DNA of 64,000 nt, taken from contig OX597816.1 in NCBI GenBank assembly GCA_951406725.2, positions 119,350,001 to 119,414,000 of the forward strand. Reading direction: 5' to 3'. This DNA is from Octopus vulgaris (taxonomy: Eukaryota). The translations under genes were made by a program, and so were the position numbers. The notes beneath the pieces are model-generated. The model made no database searches, was not told where the DNA came from, and saw nothing but the letters and a program-made list of their open reading frames with translations. Below are positions 60,254-64,000 of the stretch, in pieces. Numbering within the stretch: the stretch's first letter is position 1; each line of letters starts with the position of its first letter.

Positions 60254-60254
<1 letters not shown>
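59663..60254. repeat. ~590-bp inverted duplication built mostly of microsatellite
   Basis: TAACTCGGAAAGACTTTCGAGTTGGTTTATAAAAATATTATTTATGTAGTTAT mirrored at 60204-60254. The inner TATG/TA/TG blocks are mirrored too. Confidence 0.8.
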
Positions 60255-60328
<74 letters not shown>

Positions 60329-60500
60329 TATATAGATATATATGTATATATATATGTATATATAGACACAGGTAGATATGCATATAGATACCGTTGTACA
60401 TTCACCTGAACACGTGCGCGTTGCAAGTTGCAAGTTGACTATAGATTGTAAGATGCGTTTATATTTTCACATCGAAAATTTGCGTAAGGACACGCACAAG

Positions 60501-60544
<44 letters not shown>

Positions 60545-60682
60545 TATATGTATATATATGTATGTATATATATATATACATACATATACATATATATATA
60601 CATATATATATATGTATATATACATACATGCATATATATACATATATATGTATGCATGCATATATATATATATATATATATA

Positions 60683-60752
<70 letters not shown>

Positions 60753-60849
60753 CATATATATATATATGCTCATATACCTACACACACGCGCGCACGAATA
60801 TGTAGTGTTCATTTATTCTTTTGTTCTATTATTCTATAATTTTTTTTCT

Positions 60850-61125
60850 CAGTCGTTTTACTGCGGCTATGCTGGAGCATCGCCTTCAATCAAACAAATC
60901 GAACTAAGTGCATATTCTTTATAAGACTAGTATGTATTCCATTGGTTTTTTTTTGCCGAGTCGCTAAGTTACCTGGACGTAAACACACCAACATCGGTTG
61001 TCGAGCGAAGGAGGGGTTACACACAAACATCTACACATACGCACATACATATATACATATACGACGGGCTTCTTTTGGCTTCTGGTTGGTAAGCAAGATA
61101 CTTACCATACAGCCACTCCTGCTCC

Positions 61126-61157
<32 letters not shown>

Positions 61158-61368
61158 AATTCATATATGTGTATGCATGTGTGTATATGTGTCTGTGTGT
61201 GTGCGTGTGGGTGAGTGGATGGTAAAAAGCTGCCTTCCCAAGCACATTATTCTGGATTCAGTCCCATCGAGTGACACCTTGGGCAAGCGTCTTCTACTTA
61301 TAGAGTCAGGCCGACCAAAATCTTGTGAGTGGATTTGGTAGATGGAAACCGCAAGAAGCCCGTCGTAA

Positions 61369-61409
<41 letters not shown>

Positions 61410-61637
61410 TATAGATATATACGTATATATTTTTGTGTGTCTCTGTTGGTGCCACCACCATTGCTTTACAGCCGATATTGGTGCGTTAACTTCCCGAAGC
61501 CTAGCGGTTTGGCAATAGAGAGCGATAGAATAGGTACTAGGCTTACAAAGGGTAAGTTCTGGAGTTGTTTTGTTCGATTAAAGGCGGTGGTCCAACACGA
61601 GCGCAGGCAAATGACTGAAACAAGTAAAAGAATAGAA
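60850..61637. mobile_element. Head-to-head SINE family A pair (- 60850-61126, + 61213-61637)
   Basis: Similarity to the family A consensus. Confidence 0.8.
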
Positions 61638-61677
61638 TAACATATGTTTGTGTTAGTGTGTGTGTGTGTGTATATGT

Positions 61678-61753
<76 letters not shown>

Positions 61754-61766
61754 GTATATATATATG

Positions 61767-61832
<66 letters not shown>

Positions 61833-62070
61833 TGTGTGTGTGTGAATCGGTGTGTGTATTTTTGTATGCAACCTAGTTAGCTGAATTAAACATTTATATA
61901 TATTGCTTGCTTAATTTTTAGTAGTTTAATTGTAAATCGAAAAAAATGCTCATGATTATTAATCGTTTTAGTGGAAAAAAAAATACACACGAATGCTCAT
62001 GTCTTTTTCCATATTCCATATATATATACATATATATTGGAAGGTTTGGAGATGATGTGCAGGTATTTTA

Positions 62071-62483
62071 TATTAGAAGATATGAAGTACTCAGAAATTC
62101 GGATGGTTTTATATTTACAGATATTTATTTGTATATTACATGTTTTTATACATCATATAACAAGATCGAACTAAGTTCCTGTGAAAAAAGTTTTGACCAT
62201 TTTATAATGTCAATGAGTGTGTAGTGGTGGGAAGGGACATAAAGCAGTACAAGAAGGTACACCTTCTTGTACTGTCTTATGTCCCTCCCCACCACCACAC
62301 ACTCATTAACACTATAAAATGGTCAAAACTTCTTTCACAGGAACTTAGTTCGATTTGAAAACCCCACTAGAATGGGAGAAAGCGCTAATATATGATATAA
62401 GTTATATGATGTATAAAAACATGTAATATACAAATAAATATCTGTAAACATAAAACCATCCGAATTTCTGAGTACCTCATTTC

Positions 62484-62490
<7 letters not shown>
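62071..62490. repeat. Fold-back element (~180-bp arms) with degenerate hammerhead in the right arm
   Basis: Apex CAGTACAAGAAGGT-AC-ACCTTCTTGTACTG. The right arm has an extra TTGAAAA-CCCCA-ctagaa-TGGGA-GAAA-GCGC-TA. Confidence 0.85.
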
Positions 62491-62547
<57 letters not shown>

Positions 62548-63217
62548 TATATAAAATTTGCAAAAACAAATTTACAAATCAATCAGATTCTATTTTGAAA
62601 TAGAACCTGAAAATGTGTTGGAATAATTGTAAATCTGACGATTGCATATATGTATATATATATGTATATATAAAATTATAAAGTTGTGTATATGTATATA
62701 TATTGTAATCATTCAAAACTGAAACACGTGTAGTTCCATCATATTTAATAAATATGAGTATTAACTAAAGTAGAATATAATTAATGAAGTATATTATATA
62801 CCCTGCTGGTAATTTTGGCTATATCCTTTAAGTATCCCATGATACCATGAGTTTACTCAGATATACTCATTAGGTTATTTTTGTACTATCTCAAATAGAA
62901 TAATCGCATATTGACTAAGCCCCCCAAATTGAATGAATATATATATATATATACTAGTTGTTAAATTAACCTGTATTTGTACATAATACGAAATGGAGAC
63001 CAAAGACGTATGACTGCAAGAAAGCTTCTTCGCAGAAATTATAATAAAATTTATGATTTATTGAACAAAATTTATAATACAGTAAAGTGTACTAAGAACA
63101 TGTCATTCTAACTTCCCAAAAACATTTAATGGACGCAGTGCGATAGTTATCTTCAGTAAACTATGAGGCCCCGGTGCAATGTGTATATGCAATATATACA
63201 TACATTCATACATATGT

Positions 63218-63263
<46 letters not shown>

Positions 63264-63348
63264 ACTGTATATATATATATATATATAATATCATGCCTAT
63301 CTATCTATATATATATATGTATATATATATATACATACATACATATAT

Positions 63349-63394
<46 letters not shown>

Positions 63395-63623
63395 CTAAAT
63401 ATGTATATATCATATTATATCATATATATGTAAATACATATATCATATATATATATATATTGTGTGTGTGTGTGTGTGTGTGTGTGTATGGATGTGTGTG
63501 TGTATGTCTGCGTATACGTATAATATATTTTATTTATCGAAATATGTACATATTTAGACATACATGATATATTATATCTTATTTATCTAAATAGATATAT
63601 ATATATTTAGATATATATGATAT

Positions 63624-63676
<53 letters not shown>

Positions 63677-63804
63677 TTAATAAATAAAGTAAAACATATG
63701 CATATATATAAACATATATGTACGTACCTACCTCTACATGTACATATACACGCATATATGAGTACAGGACACCAAAAGGACGTCGAACACAATGAGAAAC
63801 GAAT

Positions 63805-63865
<61 letters not shown>

Positions 63866-64000
63866 ATATATGCACATCATATAATATTATACATATATAT
63901 CATATACATCTATTTATTTATATATATATATATATATATTATTATTATATCGTATATATCTAAATGTATATATATATGTCATATATATTTAAGTATATAT

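Overview
This is very AT-rich eukaryotic DNA saturated with microsatellites ((TA)n, (TG)n, (TATG)n, (ATAG)n, (TAA)n, (TAG)n, (GAA)n). I found no intact host gene, so it reads as intron or intergenic sequence. From recalled repeat families it is most likely an Octopus (cephalopod) genome; no search was run. Almost all listed ORFs are translations of simple repeats. The real content is mobile DNA: about 25 copies or fragments of three tRNA-derived SINE families, 3' fragments of Dong/R4, RTE, CR1-like and L1/Tx1 LINEs, a Penelope-like element (PLE) with a GIY-YIG endonuclease, and several MITEs, one carrying TTAGGG repeats. The most striking hidden layer is a set of short non-coding elements, mostly embedded in (TA)n, that carry minimal type I hammerhead ribozyme (HHR) motifs and often form long fold-back palindromes. 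One has a Pol III tRNA-like head and one folds back exactly at HHR stem II. They look like a PLE-dependent, retrozyme/SINE-like non-autonomous system. Coordinates were read by eye and may be off by a few bases.
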